Below are positions 23,801 to 37,116 of a stretch of 64,000 nucleotides of DNA, in pieces (position 1 is the first letter of the stretch; every line of letters begins with the position of its first letter). The notes under the pieces were generated by a model. That model was not told the DNA's origin, ran no database searches, and worked only from the letters and a program-made list of their open reading frames with translations. Made by a program: the position numbers and the translations under genes. Location: the NCBI GenBank assembly GCA_002269645.1, contig NIVC01001876.1, positions 119,118 to 183,117 on the forward strand. Direction: 5' to 3'. Source of the DNA: Macrostomum lignano (lineage: Eukaryota).

Positions 23801-24653
23801 ATTAGTGTTTCTTCCTTCTTTAACAAGTATATCTCTAATAAAAATTTTGCATGCAGTTTTTTTTTACTTTTAGGCCAATATTGTAGGTATAATTCCATTT
23901 CAATACATATTTAGTAACTTTTTAGGCAGATCTGGAAATTAATATAGCTAGAAAACAATATGAAAATTGAAGTTTCACTATACAACTATATAACACAGCA
24001 CAGCACAGCACAGAGAACCATCATGTTCATGCTACATTAAAAGAATGGTCATCTTCATTGTCCCAGATCAAATGCAATCATTAATTTTGTGATGAAAATT
24101 AGTTCTTCCTATCCCTGTAGAGTGTTCTATTCCAGGAAATAGACCTCTAGAAAATTACACAATCTTTTGAGTAATAACGTCCTGTTATGCTACAGTGGTC
24201 CTTGCATCAGATCGCACAATTCAAACGATTTACGATTGTGAACATTGCTGACGATTAAAATCAATGCACTGTAGACAACCTTGTGTGAGCGTGTGTTTCT
24301 AGATATCGATGGCCGTCAGTGTCGTTAGTAGAATAGTGAATGACTCTGCCTTGAATTATATTCTCAACCGTCTAATATGTAACCATATACATATTTACAG
24401 ATGCGTGTACTGGTTCCCAGTGATCCAATCCGAGTACAAAGGCGCCGACAGTCTACCAGTGCATCCATGTTTGCAGCTAATTGCCTCTGTTGAGCTGCCC
24501 ATGACGCATCGTACAGCTCGAGTGATGGTCTGCGTTCAACGGCTTCCTATGGTCGATACACCTGAACTAGTTGCTATGGCTAGTAATGGCGCTACAATTG
24601 TTAATCACGATCATCACCAGCTAAGATCTAGCCACTATAGCCGTAAAAAGTAG
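20839..24653 (+). CDS. TRMT11: tRNA (guanine(10)-N2)-methyltransferase; exons 20839-21546, 22196-22809, 24401-24653
   Basis: YAQFRFAEFVSLA, VDLRKPE, RRIFIGNTSMNVQLAFIMCN, VVDPFVGSGSIL, LGQDVD, FDTVLTDPPYGIRE, LVPGGR-CVYWFP and PVHPCLQL match the Trm11 family. Splice sites are canonical and in phase. Confidence 0.92.
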
Positions 24654-24917
24654 TCAGAGATGAGCTCTACTACTGATATCAGTATAGTGTCGGCATTTTT
24701 CAACAGTGTGTTTTTTGATCATCTAAACTATGCGCCTATAAATTCAAAACTTGGGGATTATTTTGGTGAAAACTTATGTCTTGTTACTCCTGACTGCTCT
24801 TTTATCTACGCAATGTGCTGCATTTAATGCTTGCTTTAAATTAAAACAAATATACTATGTATGAAATACATCAGCAATTCCTCTTTGTCTCATTATCACT
24901 CCTGAACAATCAGTTTT

Positions 24918-25355
24918 CACAAACTCCAAGCTATACAAACCCCAAGCTACACAAACTCCAAGCTACACAAACCCCAAGCTACACAAACCCCAAGCTACAC
25001 AAACCCCAAGCTATACAAACCCCAAGCTATACAAACCCCAAGCTACACAAACCCCAAGCTATACAAACCCCAAGCTATACAAACCCCAAGCTATACAAAC
25101 CCCAAGCTATACAAACCCCAAGCTATACAAACCCCAAGCTATACAAACCCCAAGCTATACAAACTCCAAGCTACACAAACCCCAAGCTACACAAACCCCA
25201 AGCTATACAAACCCCAAGCTATACAAACCCCAAGCTATACAAACTCCAAGCTACACAAACCCCAAGCTACACAAACCCCAAGCTATACAAACCCCAAGCT
25301 ACACAAACCCCAAGCTATACAAACCCCAAGCTACACAAACCCCAAGCTACACAAA
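24918..25355. repeat. 16-bp minisatellite (AACCCCAAGCTA(T/C)ACA) between TRMT11 and CABLES
   Basis: About 27 tandem units. Confidence 0.95.
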
Positions 25356-25507
25356 CAATCGCCGTGAGCAGTCTAACAGAATCTGAGCATATAAATGATT
25401 AATATTAGGCATTGCCTCTTGTCCAAACTCAGTTGCAGCCACCCCAGACCAGACGGTCGCCTCGCCCTCCGAACTTGCCGCTTAGCAACAACACCGATGC
25501 TTCGGCA

Positions 25508-28500
25508 ATGTCGAATACTGCGTCAGCCACAGACGCCGCCGATTCCCCGTCGAATCCGGCTCGACTATCGTCGAAGCGTTTGCGCGCCGCGGCGCGTCTG
25601 AAAGCGCGCAAACGCGCGGCCGCTTTGAACTTTTTGGCCAGCATCTCGCTTGACGGCGTCTATGGCGAAAATTGCGCCTCGGCCGCTGCAGACGCCGATC
25701 AACTGGACAACGACGACGATGCCAGCAGCGCCTGTTTCGAAGGCGCCTCCACTGCCATCTGCGGCAGCGAGTTCGTTGATGACAACGACGAATTTAGCCG
25801 TTCGGCAGTCTGCAGCGTTGTTAATCAGGATGAAATTGCTGGCAGCGTGAGTGTGCTTTTGCTGATTTGTCTGATAACTGAGTTGGTTTCAAAGTCTGCA
25901 TATACGTGGGCTTCTCAGATCCCCAAACTGACCTTGCAGACCTCCCACATCCTTAAACTGACCTTGATGGCTTTCCAGATCATCGGACTGACCTTGAAGA
26001 CCTCCAGATCATCAAACTGACCTTGCAAACCTCCCAGATCCTTAAACCGACCTTGAAAACTTTCCAGATCATTGAACTGACCTTGAAGACTCACAGATCC
26101 CAAAACTGACATTGCGTACCTCCTAGATCATCGAACTGACCTTTCAAACCTCCCAGATCCTTAAACTGACCTTGAAGACTTTCCAAATCAATAAACTGAC
26201 CTTGAAGACCCACGTGCAGATCTTCAAACTGACCTTTCAAACCTCCCAGATCCTTAAACTGACCTTGAAGACTTCCCAGATCATCGAACTGACCTTGAAG
26301 ACTTCCCAGATCATCGAACTGACCTTGAAGACTTCCCAGATCATCGAACTGACATTGAAGACTTACAAATCCCAACAGATCATCAAACTGACCTTGCAAA
26401 TCTCACTGATCATCAAACTGACCTTGCAGAATTCTCAAATCTCAAACGTACGGACAAATTTTAACAAATTTCATATTTCCTAATTATTTTACTTCTTCGT
26501 GTTTGTGCACTTACTGATACTATACTAATGCAAAAGTCTATTGATTTGTGGACGTCATCAATAAGACCTCAGTTTCTTCTTTCAGCTATTCGTCTAAATT
26601 CTATTTAGCTATACTCGCTGATAAAGAGATCGTGTTTGAAAGCGATCCGCTATCACATGAAATCTGTCTGTCTGCTTGCCTGATAGTAGAGAGGGTGGCT
26701 TTTTCTGTTTTTAAAGGTTCTTCGAGACACCTTGCATTCGTCTCCTTTTGAATGACGTAAATCTGCAAGCTGTTATGTGCTAGTAACTAGGCTAATTTAC
26801 TATATATAACTGTGTTCTCTACGGTTTCACCAGTACGATAAGGCACTGCCAGGAAGGTTCTCGGACAAGTCTTGACCTTTGAATTTAATTAATGCATTTG
26901 CATGTTTTCAGATAAATAAAAATTTTTAAATCTGGGTTTAGTTACTAAAATCCTGTTAATGCTTTATATCACGTCTTTAGTATTGAATCCTTAATTTAAA
27001 CTTTCTCGAAAGTGGCATCTTAAAATGATGTGGAGGTTTCTAGAAAGTAACTTTTTCGAGAATGTGAAGGCTTCCAGGAATTGATGCTTTCGAAGATGTG
27101 GAGATTTCCAGGAAGTGACGTTTTTTATTACTAGAAAGTGACGTTTTCTAAGTATGTGGAGGTTTCCAGGAAGTAACTTTTTCGAGGGTTTGGGGGTTTC
27201 CAGGAAGTAACGTTTTTTGATTACTAGAAAGTGACGTTTTTTAAGTATGTGGAGGTTTCCAGGAAGTGACGTTTTTTAAGTATGTGGAGGTTTCCAGGAA
27301 GTGACGTTTTCGAAGATTTGGAGGTTTCCAGGAAGTGATTTTTTCGAAGATTAGGATGTTTCCAGGAAGTCACGTTTTCGAGGATGTGGAGGTTTCCAGG
27401 AAGTGACGTTTTTTGAGTACTGAAAGTGACTGAGGTCTGAGGATGTGGAGATTTCCAGGAATTTACGTTTTCGTGACATTTTAGAGAAAGTGGGCGTTTC
27501 GATTAGTCGAAATCGTCTTGGAAAAGCAAGTAAAAAAACAGATTTTAAGTAAAATAACAAAATTGATATCAGTGTTTTATAATTCCGTGCTCGCAGATTG
27601 CAAACAGTTTGGAATCATCAGCGACCGCTGCAGCTGTTGCTGGCTCATTGTCGACGAGAAATCCTCAATACCAGCACCACCACCAGCAGCAGCATAGCGG
27701 CGGTCACCATCGGCACAGGCGTCAGTCTGCCGATCAATCGCCGCTGCCGCTGTTTGTCGAGGTGCCCGGTCAGAGTCTGTCGCCTCCCACTGACGCTGGC
27801 GTAGCCATTGCGGTTCGCTATCGAACTCAATCGGAGTTTAGAGCCCAATTAAGCGTCCCATCTGGTTTCGACTACTCTTCTAGTAGCAGACGCTGGAGCC
27901 GGCAGCGGGCCGATCGATCTCGAACAACTTCGTCGTCTAATCACAGTTCGTTGTCTGGACCCGACACTATGATTGGTAGTGGAGCTCAGGGCTCCTCCAT
28001 TTTCGGTCGTCGAGCGGCCTCGTCAACGTCAGATCGTGGCGACGGCGTAGTCGGCGGTGGAGGCGGCGTCGAAGATATCGCAGATTTGGCTGAAATTATT
28101 GGAGGGCCTTTTAGGTAGGCGATGATGAGAATGTGTTACAAAGATATCGTGGATTTATGGAATGACAGAGTACTAGCAATCGTTTGATTTAATAGAGGTA
28201 AAGAGAGACGGAACAACTTAAAAATCACGGAGATTTACAGGTGTGAATGTAGAATGACAGGGGATTTGAAGATTGTCGGAGCAATACTGAGTGTGACAGT
28301 GATATTGATAGTGATGCATTGATAGGGATAATGACACAGGGATATGAAGAATGACACAGGAATAGGGAGAGTGACACAGGGTTAGAGAGAGTGACACAGC
28401 GATAGAGAGAGTGACAGAAGGATATTGAGCGTGACAATAATATTGATAGTGATACGGGGATAGGAAGAGTGACACGAATAGAGAGAGAGAGTGGCACAGG

Positions 28501-31500
28501 GATAGCGATAGCGACAGGAATAGGGAGTGTGACGCAGGGATAAAGAGAGAGAGTGGCACAGGGATAGCGATAGCGACAGGAATAGGGAGTGTGACGCAGG
28601 GATAAAGAGAGAGAGTGGCACAGGGATAGCGATAGCGACAGGAATAGGGAGTGTGACGCAGGGATAAAGAGAGTGAGTGGCACAGGGATAGCGATAGCGA
28701 CAGGAATAGGGAGTGTGACGCAGGGATAGAGAGTGAGTGGCACAGGGATAGCGATAGCGACAGGAATAGGGAGTGTGACGCAGGGATAAAGAGAGAGAGT
28801 GGCACAGGGATAGCGATAGCGACAGGAATAGGGAGTGTGACGCAGGGATAAAGAGAGTGAGTGGCACAGGGATAGCGATAGCGACAGGAATAGGGAGTGT
28901 GACGCAGGGATAAAGAGAGTGACACAGGGATAGCGAGAGTGACACAGGAATATTGAGAGTGACACATTACTATTGAGAGTGACACAGGAATATTGAGAGT
29001 GACACATTACTATTGAGAGTGACACAGGGATATGTAGAGACCCTAATTTATAATTTTGTACCTACCTAAATTGTGCTGCAGCTCTTCGAACGGCCCTCGA
29101 AAGCGAACTAGGACCCGGTCGTTTCGCGGAATTGAAAGCTTCTGTAAGCATAATTAATACTTTATTGGCTTATATCTGCGTTGATTTTATTATTGTGTAC
29201 ATGTATAATGCCAGTGATTTTTTCCCAACATTCTAAGCTCCTGCTAACGTTACCGCCGCCATACAAGCAGGTAATATCAGATCTATGTACCGGTATAGCA
29301 GTTAAATCAAAATTATTAATGATGACACCTGCTGCAATTACTTGTATTTATTGTTAGCATCTGTCAATATTGAAAATCAATAACAATCGTGGTGTTGATG
29401 GCATTTCGATTTTATTATCTAACGCATTAAGTATTTACTTTACTCGGTGTTGCGGTATCATTTTTGCTGTCATTTCGTTGGTTTATGCTGCTCATATCAA
29501 TTGCAATAGCTTGAGTTTTTGTTTAATATGAAACGGTTAAGATGACGCACTCATTAGAACTAATTGTTTCCTCCACGGATGTTTTCTCTGGGCTCTCTAC
29601 TCTTGTATCATCCTCCCCTCTTCTTGCCTTTCCGTCACGGCTTCCCTGCATATCCCGCTCTTCTCTCCACCCCCTGTCTGCCCCTCGGTCCGTTTCTCCT
29701 TTTTCTGCCCTCTCTGTCTGTCTCTGCCTCCGCTCTGCCCCCCTTGTCTGTGTCTCCTCTTTCCGCCCCTTCTCTCCGCCCTCCATCTTCGCTCCTCTCC
29801 CAACCTCCTGTCCCGCCCACTCTCTCTGCCCTTCTGTCTCCCGCTGCTCTTCTCTCCTCCCCCTCTCTCCGCCCCTTATGTCCTCTTCTCCTCTTTCCGC
29901 CCCCTCTCTCCGCCCCTTATGTCCTCTCCTCCTCTTTCCGCCTCTCTCCACCCCTTCGCCCCCCCCCTATGTCCGCTCATCTTCTTCCCACCCCTCTCCG
30001 CCCCCTCTCCGCCCCCTCTCCGCCCCCTCTCCACCCCCTCTCCGCCTCCTCTTTACGCCCCTCTCTCCGCCCCTATGTCCGCTCCTCCTCTTTCCGCCCC
30101 TCTCCCCGCCCCCCTCTCCGCCCCCCTCTCCGCCCCTCTCTCCACCTTCTCTTTTCGCCCCCCTCTCCACCTTCTCTTTTCGCCCCCTCTCCGCCCCCTC
30201 TGTCCGCTCCTCCTCTTTCCACCCCTCCTCTCCGCACCCTGTCAGCTCCTCCTCTTTCCGCCCCTCTCTCCGCCCTTCTGTGTACTGTTGCTCCTCTTTT
30301 CCCGCCCTTTTGTATCCATCCTCTGCCCCCCCTCTACGCCCCCCAATCTTTTCTCAATTCTCTCCGCCCCCCCCTTTTCCGCTCCACTTCCTTTCACTCA
30401 GCTTTTCAAGACGAAACCATGTGAGACGTGATTGTGTGAACTTCACTTTCATTGACTTGTTTCTTGCGCCACTGGTTTCCTATTGGTATGCTAGCGCGGG
30501 CGGTGTATTACAGGCTAAGGAAAATTTCTATATAGTTTTCTGTCTGCCCTATTTTCTTCTCTTTCTTCAACTCGTGGCTCAATGCATTTCCGTCTATAAG
30601 ACAGAGAAATTGCGAATGAATTCCTTAATCGCCTCGGGGTCGGTTCGAAATCGAGGGGAAAGTAGTTTGAGAATGAGGAATCGACACTTTTTATAATCAT
30701 AGCTATAGCCAGCCGGGTGAAAACTCGCTCCCATCCCAGCGTCTGTGCCATATCGCGTGTCTTTTTGAGGTCGATGCCTCATCATAATCTAAAAGCCTGG
30801 TTGATCTTAATCGCGTGCAACTGAGGAAAAATGATAGAAAGAATTCAAAACTTTCAATACGACTTTTATTGGCCATCTACGAGCGTAGTTAACGGTGAAT
30901 ATATTATTTTTTTATAACCTCGTAGTAGGGTGGTAACTTAGTAGCTCAGGGCTACCCTGTTCTTGATGATTAGACAGCCAGGGCCCACGGAATTTCCACG
31001 GCTTTCCCGGCGGGCAAGAGTTCTCCCATGCTAACACATAGGCGCCCGTCCGATACGGGCCCACGGAATTTCCACGGCTTTCCCTGCGACAGTGTCCACT
31101 TCCCACATTTCCCCTACTACTTTAGATAGCTAGGAAGAGCTGCCTGCCAATATGCAGTACAGTTTATCAAAATATATTTAATAAATATGCATATACGATA
31201 AACGCATTTACTATACCTAAGAAGTTTACAATATTATAACTATCTAATTAAATAAACAGTCTGCGAATTACTATTGCTTGTTATAATGAAACGCAAAAAT
31301 TTCAAACTCTAAATCTAGTCGGTCGACAGCGGCATAAGTCCAGTTCAGTCTCGACTTCAACCGACTCAATCACGGAGTTTCCAATATCTCCGCCGAAAGG
31401 TGTTTATCGCTGTCCGCCCACCACTACTGGCCTAGTTGTCAAGAAGGATCGCTTAAGCGAAAGGTATATTGCATCTTGAATAAAACGTTCTATGAATTAT

Positions 31501-32199
31501 TCAATAGCAGAGTTCATGTCCCAGCGCACGCTTCCATTGTGATTGAAGCTGGTATTATAGTGCAGGATGTAGTGTAATACAGTAATACTGCATTGTATTT
31601 AGCTTGCGTTTGCACTGCCAACCGGAAGTGCATGCCAATGAATGAGTTTTAGCATCCTTTCATTGAGTGAACTCTACTCCTGCTTGCCTTGCATCTATTT
31701 ATAAACTTTTTCTGGAAGTTCTAGTTTAGTCAAGTGTTATATAATATAAAAATGTATTTTGCCTCCTCAAACTATTTACAGATGCGTCCTTGTTACTAAC
31801 CGGAAGTCGCCATTCTATGCCTTTTCAATCGTCAAATTTTGTCGCGACTCTTCGGCTAATGCAAGGTATGTTTTTTTAATTAGTTCAATGTTTCTGGACT
31901 GCTGACAGCTTGCCTTGCTAATCTTTTCTCTTAAATACTCTATGCTTCTACATTCTATACTACTGTCCTTCTAGTGACTTTTACTGTTCAGGACTTCCAT
32001 TCTTGCCTGTCTGTCTGTCTGTCTGTCTGTCGGCCTGTTTGTCTGTCTGTCTGTCTTTCTCAATGGCTGTTTGTCTGTCTGTCTGTATGTATGTATAGGC
32101 TGTATATACGAGTATATATAGGCTGTCTTCCTGTTTTAGTGTCTGCCTGCCTGCCTGTCTGTCTGTCTGTCTTTCTCAATGTCAGTTTGTCTGTCTGTG

Positions 32200-32240
<41 letters not shown>

Positions 32241-33004
32241 GCCTGTTTGTCTGTCTGTCTGTCTTTCTTAATGGCTGCTTGTCTGTCTGTTTGTATGTAT
32301 GTATAGGCTGTAAAGGCTGTATGTATATATAGGCTGTCTGCCTGTCTTAGTGTCTGCTTGCCTGCCTGTCTGCCTGCCTGCCTGTCTGCCTGCCTGCCTG
32401 TCTGTCTGCCTGCCTTTCTGCCTGCCTGCCTGTCTGTCTGCCTGCCTTTCTGCCTGCCTGTCTGCCTGTCTGCCTGTCTGTCTGTCTTTCTCAATGTCAG
32501 TTTGTCTGTTTGTCTGTCTATCTGTCTGTCTGTCGGTCTGTCCGTCTGTCTTAGTGTCCGTCTCTCTGTACCGTCTGGTACGGCTCAGTATCAGAATTTC
32601 ATTTATATCATCACTTCGTCTGTCAGTGCATTGGGTTTTTAATTAAGCCAATATTGTCACGATTCTTCGAATACTAAGGTTTGAAATATTTGCTAGAGTC
32701 TAGCTAGATTCTACTCTGTCGCAAGCACACCGGCTATCATTGCAACCTCCCTGCTCCCGAATCGTCTTTCATCCAGCCGAAGCGACCAACCAGAATCCAG
32801 ACTCCGTCATCACTCCAGCGGAAGCGTGTCGCCGACTCATGAGAGCCTGCTGGCCCAATTTGGAGTTTTGCCGCGTTTCGAAGAAAATCAGGTGCGTCAT
32901 TAGGAAACTGCAGCAGCATGAATAAAATATGCACTAGTTAGTTTGTTAGGGTAAGGGTAAGTTAGTTAGTTACTTATTAGTTGATTGGTTAGTTAGTTAG
33001 TTAA

Positions 33005-33043
<39 letters not shown>

Positions 33044-36000
33044 TTTGGTTAGTTAGTTAGTTAGTTAGTTAGTAAGTTAGTTAGTAAGTTAGTTAGTTAG
33101 TTAGGCAGTTAGTTAGTTAGTGAGTTAGTTAGTTAGAGGGAGGCTAAGAGGAAGAGAGGGAGAAGACAGCAGGGAAGAGAACTAGCGCACTGTTTGAATG
33201 TGAAGCTTATAATCCAGCACAGGCATGCAGCAATAATGATTATCGTATTGCCATTCACACCCATGGCCACGGCAGTCCGTGTCCTACGGTCATCTGCTGC
33301 AACCGTCTGCCGTTCGTCGCCGACGAGAGAGCGGCTCTTACAAGCGCTACCTGTCGGTTGATGAGCACGAGTCCTACCCGCCAGCCGCTAACCAGACTGG
33401 CCTATCTATATCTCCAAGTGAGTGCCTATAATAATAGTGATAGAAAATATACGTTAGCTCTGTCTGGGACAACTCGATTGTCTTTTTTGTGACAATTTGA
33501 CTGTCCGTGACAATTTCACTGGCTGTCAGTGACAATCTGATTGTCTATCAGTACTTGACAATTTGACACTGTCATTAACAATTGTTTGGACTGTCTATCA
33601 GTGACAATTCGAATCTGTCAGTGACCATCTGACTAGCTGTCAGTGACAATCTGACTAGCTGTCAGTGACAATCTGACTAGCTGTCAGTGACAATCTGACT
33701 GTCTATTAGTGACAAAGTGACAATGATGTCAGTGACAATCTGACTGTCTATTAGTGACAAAGTGACAATGATGTCAGTGACAATCTGACTGTCTATTAGT
33801 GACAAAGTGACAATGATGTCAGTGACAATCTGACTGTCTATTAGTGACAAAGTGACAATGATGTCAGTGACAATCTGACTGTCTATTAGTGACAAAGTGA
33901 CAATGATGTCAGTGACAATCTGACTGTCTATTAGTGACAAAGTGACAATGATGTCAGTGACAATCTGACTGTCTATTAGTGACAAAGTGACAATGATGTC
34001 AGTGACAATCTGACTGTCTATTAGTGACAAAGTGACAATGATGTCAGTGACAATGATGTCAGTGACAATCTGACTGTCTATTAGTGACAAAGTGACAATG
34101 ATGTCAGTGACAATCTGACTGTCTCTTAGTGACAAAGTGACAATGATGTCAGTGACAATCTGACTGTCTATTAGTGACAAAGTGACAATGATGTCAGTGA
34201 CAATCTGACTGTCTATTAGTGACAAAGTGACAATGATGTCAGTGACAATCGTCCGCACTTTGACGAAAAAACAAGCGAAATCGATTTTTCTGACAGTAAA
34301 TTTACATTTTGTTGGCGCTGCGATAAAAAAGTTTTATGGGTTTTTACCTTAATCCAAAGGCAAAAAGAATGGGTGATTTTCTTAGGACCCTATTGCTTTA
34401 ATATACCAGTTCAGCTCTTTAATAACTAGTGTGCATTCTTCTATTGTGTGTATATCTGCACTTTTCAGTTTTTCTTACCATAAATCACCTGAACGCACCC
34501 TTATTACAGCCCACACCCGCAGACGTCGGACATTAGCTGTTTCTAATAACAGTAAAAGCTTGTTTTTCTTTGATACGACACTATTTCTGCACGATGCCGT
34601 CATCAGCTTTTTCTACTTTATATTTTTTCAAAACTCGACCCATACTCTTTTCCAGCTGTTATTAAACCTTTTCTTCTTAATCTGTGTTATCGATTTTTCA
34701 GTCTACACCTTCAACCCACCCACCTCCCTCCGCGTGTGTTTTATCGATTTTTCAGTCTACACCTTCAACTCACCCACCTCCGTCCGCGTGTGTGTTTTAT
34801 CGATTTTCCAGCCTGTCCCTCAACCCACCCACCTCCCTCCGCGTGTGTGTTTTATCGATTTTCCAGCCTGTCCCTCAACCCACCCACCTCCCTCCGCGTG
34901 TGTGTTTTATCGATTTTCCAGCCTGTCCCTCAACCCACCCACCTCCCTCCGCGTGTGTGTTTTATCGATTTTCCAGCCTGTCCCTCCACCCACCCACCTC
35001 TCTCTGCGTGTGTGTTTTTATCGATTTTCCAGCCTGTCCCTCAACCCACCCACCTCCCTCCGCGTGTCTGTTTTATCGATTTTCCACTTTTCCAGTCTCT
35101 AAACCTATTAAACCTAAAATTCACGGGCATGTGGAATTTTCGGTGGTTCTATAAAATGAATAGTTATCTACCTGATGTATGCACCTTGCGGTACAGTGTC
35201 TATTGTGTTCTTGGGTTTAGAGTGATCTTAATATTTTACCAATTAACTTTTAATAACTGACATGTATAGACAGATATGCGTAATTGTGTTATTTATTATT
35301 ACCAACTAATATAGAGCAGCCATATTTATTTTTGTCTATGTAAAATTATCTAGGTATAGACTAACATTTCCATTTTTAACTTGAACGAGTATCAATTTAT
35401 TCATATTTTTACTCCGTTTTGTCGCGCAGTTAAAGAATCCGCTCCATTGGTTGTCTACCATCCTCACCTGCTGGACAACCCGGATTTGACCTGCGGAAAG
35501 CATATGACTGTGCTCAATTTCACCTCCTACGTGGTAAGTTCAATTCTTTCAATTTTGTCAGTTTTCTTATTTAAAGCATGCCTTTTTCACAATGGCCTGT
35601 CTCTTTAAGACATCCGTGATGGAATACGTTCGACCGTCGGATCTGAAGAAGGATTTAAATCAACAATTTCGCGAGAGATTTCCCCAGATCCAGTTGACTT
35701 TGAGTAAACTGCGCAGCTTGAAAGCCGATCTGCACAGAATTGCTAAAAAGGTAAAGTTTGTGCAACCCTGTTTTAACTTTTTTGGAGCATAGCATCCACC
35801 TTCTTGTCCTCTGTGCCTTCTGTGAGACACTCTTCCTGTATCTATACATGCTGTCAATCAGCCCTTCCTGTCTCTCTATCCATGCTGTGGGACACTCCTT
35901 CCTGTCTCTATCCATGCTGTGGGACACCCCTTCCTGTCTCTATCCATGCTGTGGGACACTCCTTCCTGTCTCTATCCATGCTGTGGGACACTCCTTCCTG

Positions 36001-37116
36001 TCTCTATCCATGCTGTGGGACACTCCTTCCTGTCTCTATCCATGCTGTGGGACACCCCTTCCTGTCTCTATCCATGCTGTGGGACACTCCTTCCTGTCTC
36101 TATCCATGCTGTGGGACACTCCTTCCTGTCTCTATCCATGCTGTGGGACACTCCTTCCTGTCTCTATCCATGCTGTGGGACACCCCTTCCTGTCTCTATC
36201 CTTATGCTTTGAGACACCCCTTCCTGTCTCTATCCATGCTGTGGGACACCCCTTCCTGTCTCTCTATCCATGCTGTGGGACACCCCTTCCTGTCTCTCTA
36301 TCCATGCTGTGGGACACCCCTTCCTGTCTCTATCCATGCTGTGGGACACCCCTTCCTGTCTCTATTCATGCTGTGGGACACCCCTTCCTGTCTCTCTATC
36401 CATGCTGTGAGACACCCCCTCCTGTCTCTATCCATGCTGTGGGACACCCCTTCCTGTCTCTATTCATGCTGTGGGACACCCCTTCCTGTCTCTCTATCCA
36501 TGCTGTGGGACACCCTTCCTGTCTCTATTCATACCGTGAGACACCCCTTCTTGCCTCGTGTGTCTCCCATTCAACGTTTTTCTCCCTATTTTTTCACAAC
36601 GCAGTCGAGCATGGACCTGTGGACTTTGGCCCAATCGTTTGTATTCTTCGAGAAGCTGGCACTGAAAGGCCTCATCAACAAGGCCAATAGGAAGTGCTGC
36701 TGCGCCGCTAGCCTGGTCCTGTCCGCTAAGCTCAACGACGTCAAAGGAGCCGAATTGAACAACTTATTCGACGTAAGGCATCTTCCTACCTTTGCTTTAT
36801 TTATTATTGGATCTCTGGCGCTTCACGCTTCAAGTCACAATGGGCCGCTGTGCACCCTGTGTAAGCGTGTGTATGAGTGCGTACAGTACAGTACAGTATT
36901 AGCTTAGCTTGCATGCTGCTCAGGAGTGACTGCGGGACAATGTCAGCCCCAAACTTGCCGTTTCATCAGGAACTGGAAACTGCGTTTCGTTTGGCTAAAC
37001 GAGAGATTCTGCTGTTTGAACTGCCTATCCTTGTTGGCCTGGAGTTCTCTCTGGTCCTGCCCGACTACGAGATATCGCCCCATCTGCACCGGCTGGAGAC
37101 TGAAACTGTCAGATAG
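25508..37116 (+). CDS. CABLES: CDK5 and ABL1 enzyme substrate (Cables); exons 25508-25846, 27597-28114, 29082-29143, 31319-31463, 31782-31865, ~32708-32891, 33276-33417, (34510-34551?), 35430-35533, 35610-35750, 36605-36772, 36970-37116
   Basis: The N-terminus has [17 protein letters not shown] (Cables RRQAALSFLxNISLDG). The middle has [15 protein letters not shown] and SVSYGHLL. The C-terminal cyclin-like region has [80 protein letters not shown] and [13 protein letters not shown]. Phases are consistent across all junctions. The middle exons are less certain. Confidence 0.9.
25910..26410. repeat. 30-bp minisatellite (CCTCCCAGATCATCAAACTGACCTTGAAGA) in CABLES intron 1
   Basis: About 16 units. 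Confidence 0.92.
27020..27490. repeat. ~33-35-bp minisatellite (ATGTGGAGGTTTCCAGGAAGTGACGTTTTT) in CABLES intron 1
   Basis: About 12 degenerate units. Confidence 0.88.
28290..29030. repeat. 60-62-bp minisatellite (GATAGCGATAGCGACAGGAATAGGGAGTGTGACGCAGGGATAAAGAGAGTGGCACAGG) in CABLES intron 2
   Basis: About 7 near-perfect core units, with degenerate GAGTGACAC flanks. Confidence 0.93.
29620..30390. repeat. C-rich low-complexity tract (CTCTCCGCCCC) in CABLES intron 3
   Basis: Pyrimidine-dominated + strand. The - strand has many G3-G6 runs. Confidence 0.9.
32000..32560. repeat. (TCTG)/(CCTG)n compound microsatellite in CABLES intron 5
   Basis: Seen directly. It includes an internal duplicated block. 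Confidence 0.93.
32960..33136. repeat. (TTAG)n microsatellite
   Basis: Seen directly. Confidence 0.93.
33500..34250. repeat. 45-bp minisatellite (GTGACAATCTGACTGTCTATTAGTGACAAAGTGACAATGATGTCA)
   Basis: About 12 near-identical units plus degenerate 5' units. Confidence 0.95.
34680..35085. repeat. 55-bp minisatellite (TTTTATCGATTTTCCAGCCTGTCCCTCAACCCACCCACCTCCCTCCGCGTGTGTG)
   Basis: About 7 units. Confidence 0.93.
35860..36555. repeat. 32-bp minisatellite (CTTCCTGTCTCTATCCATGCTGTGGGACAC(T/C)C)
   Basis: About 21 units. Confidence 0.95.

Noticed and set aside
32960-33136. Interstitial telomere
   Set aside because: The unit is TTAG, not TTAGGG or TTAGG. It is an ordinary tetranucleotide microsatellite.
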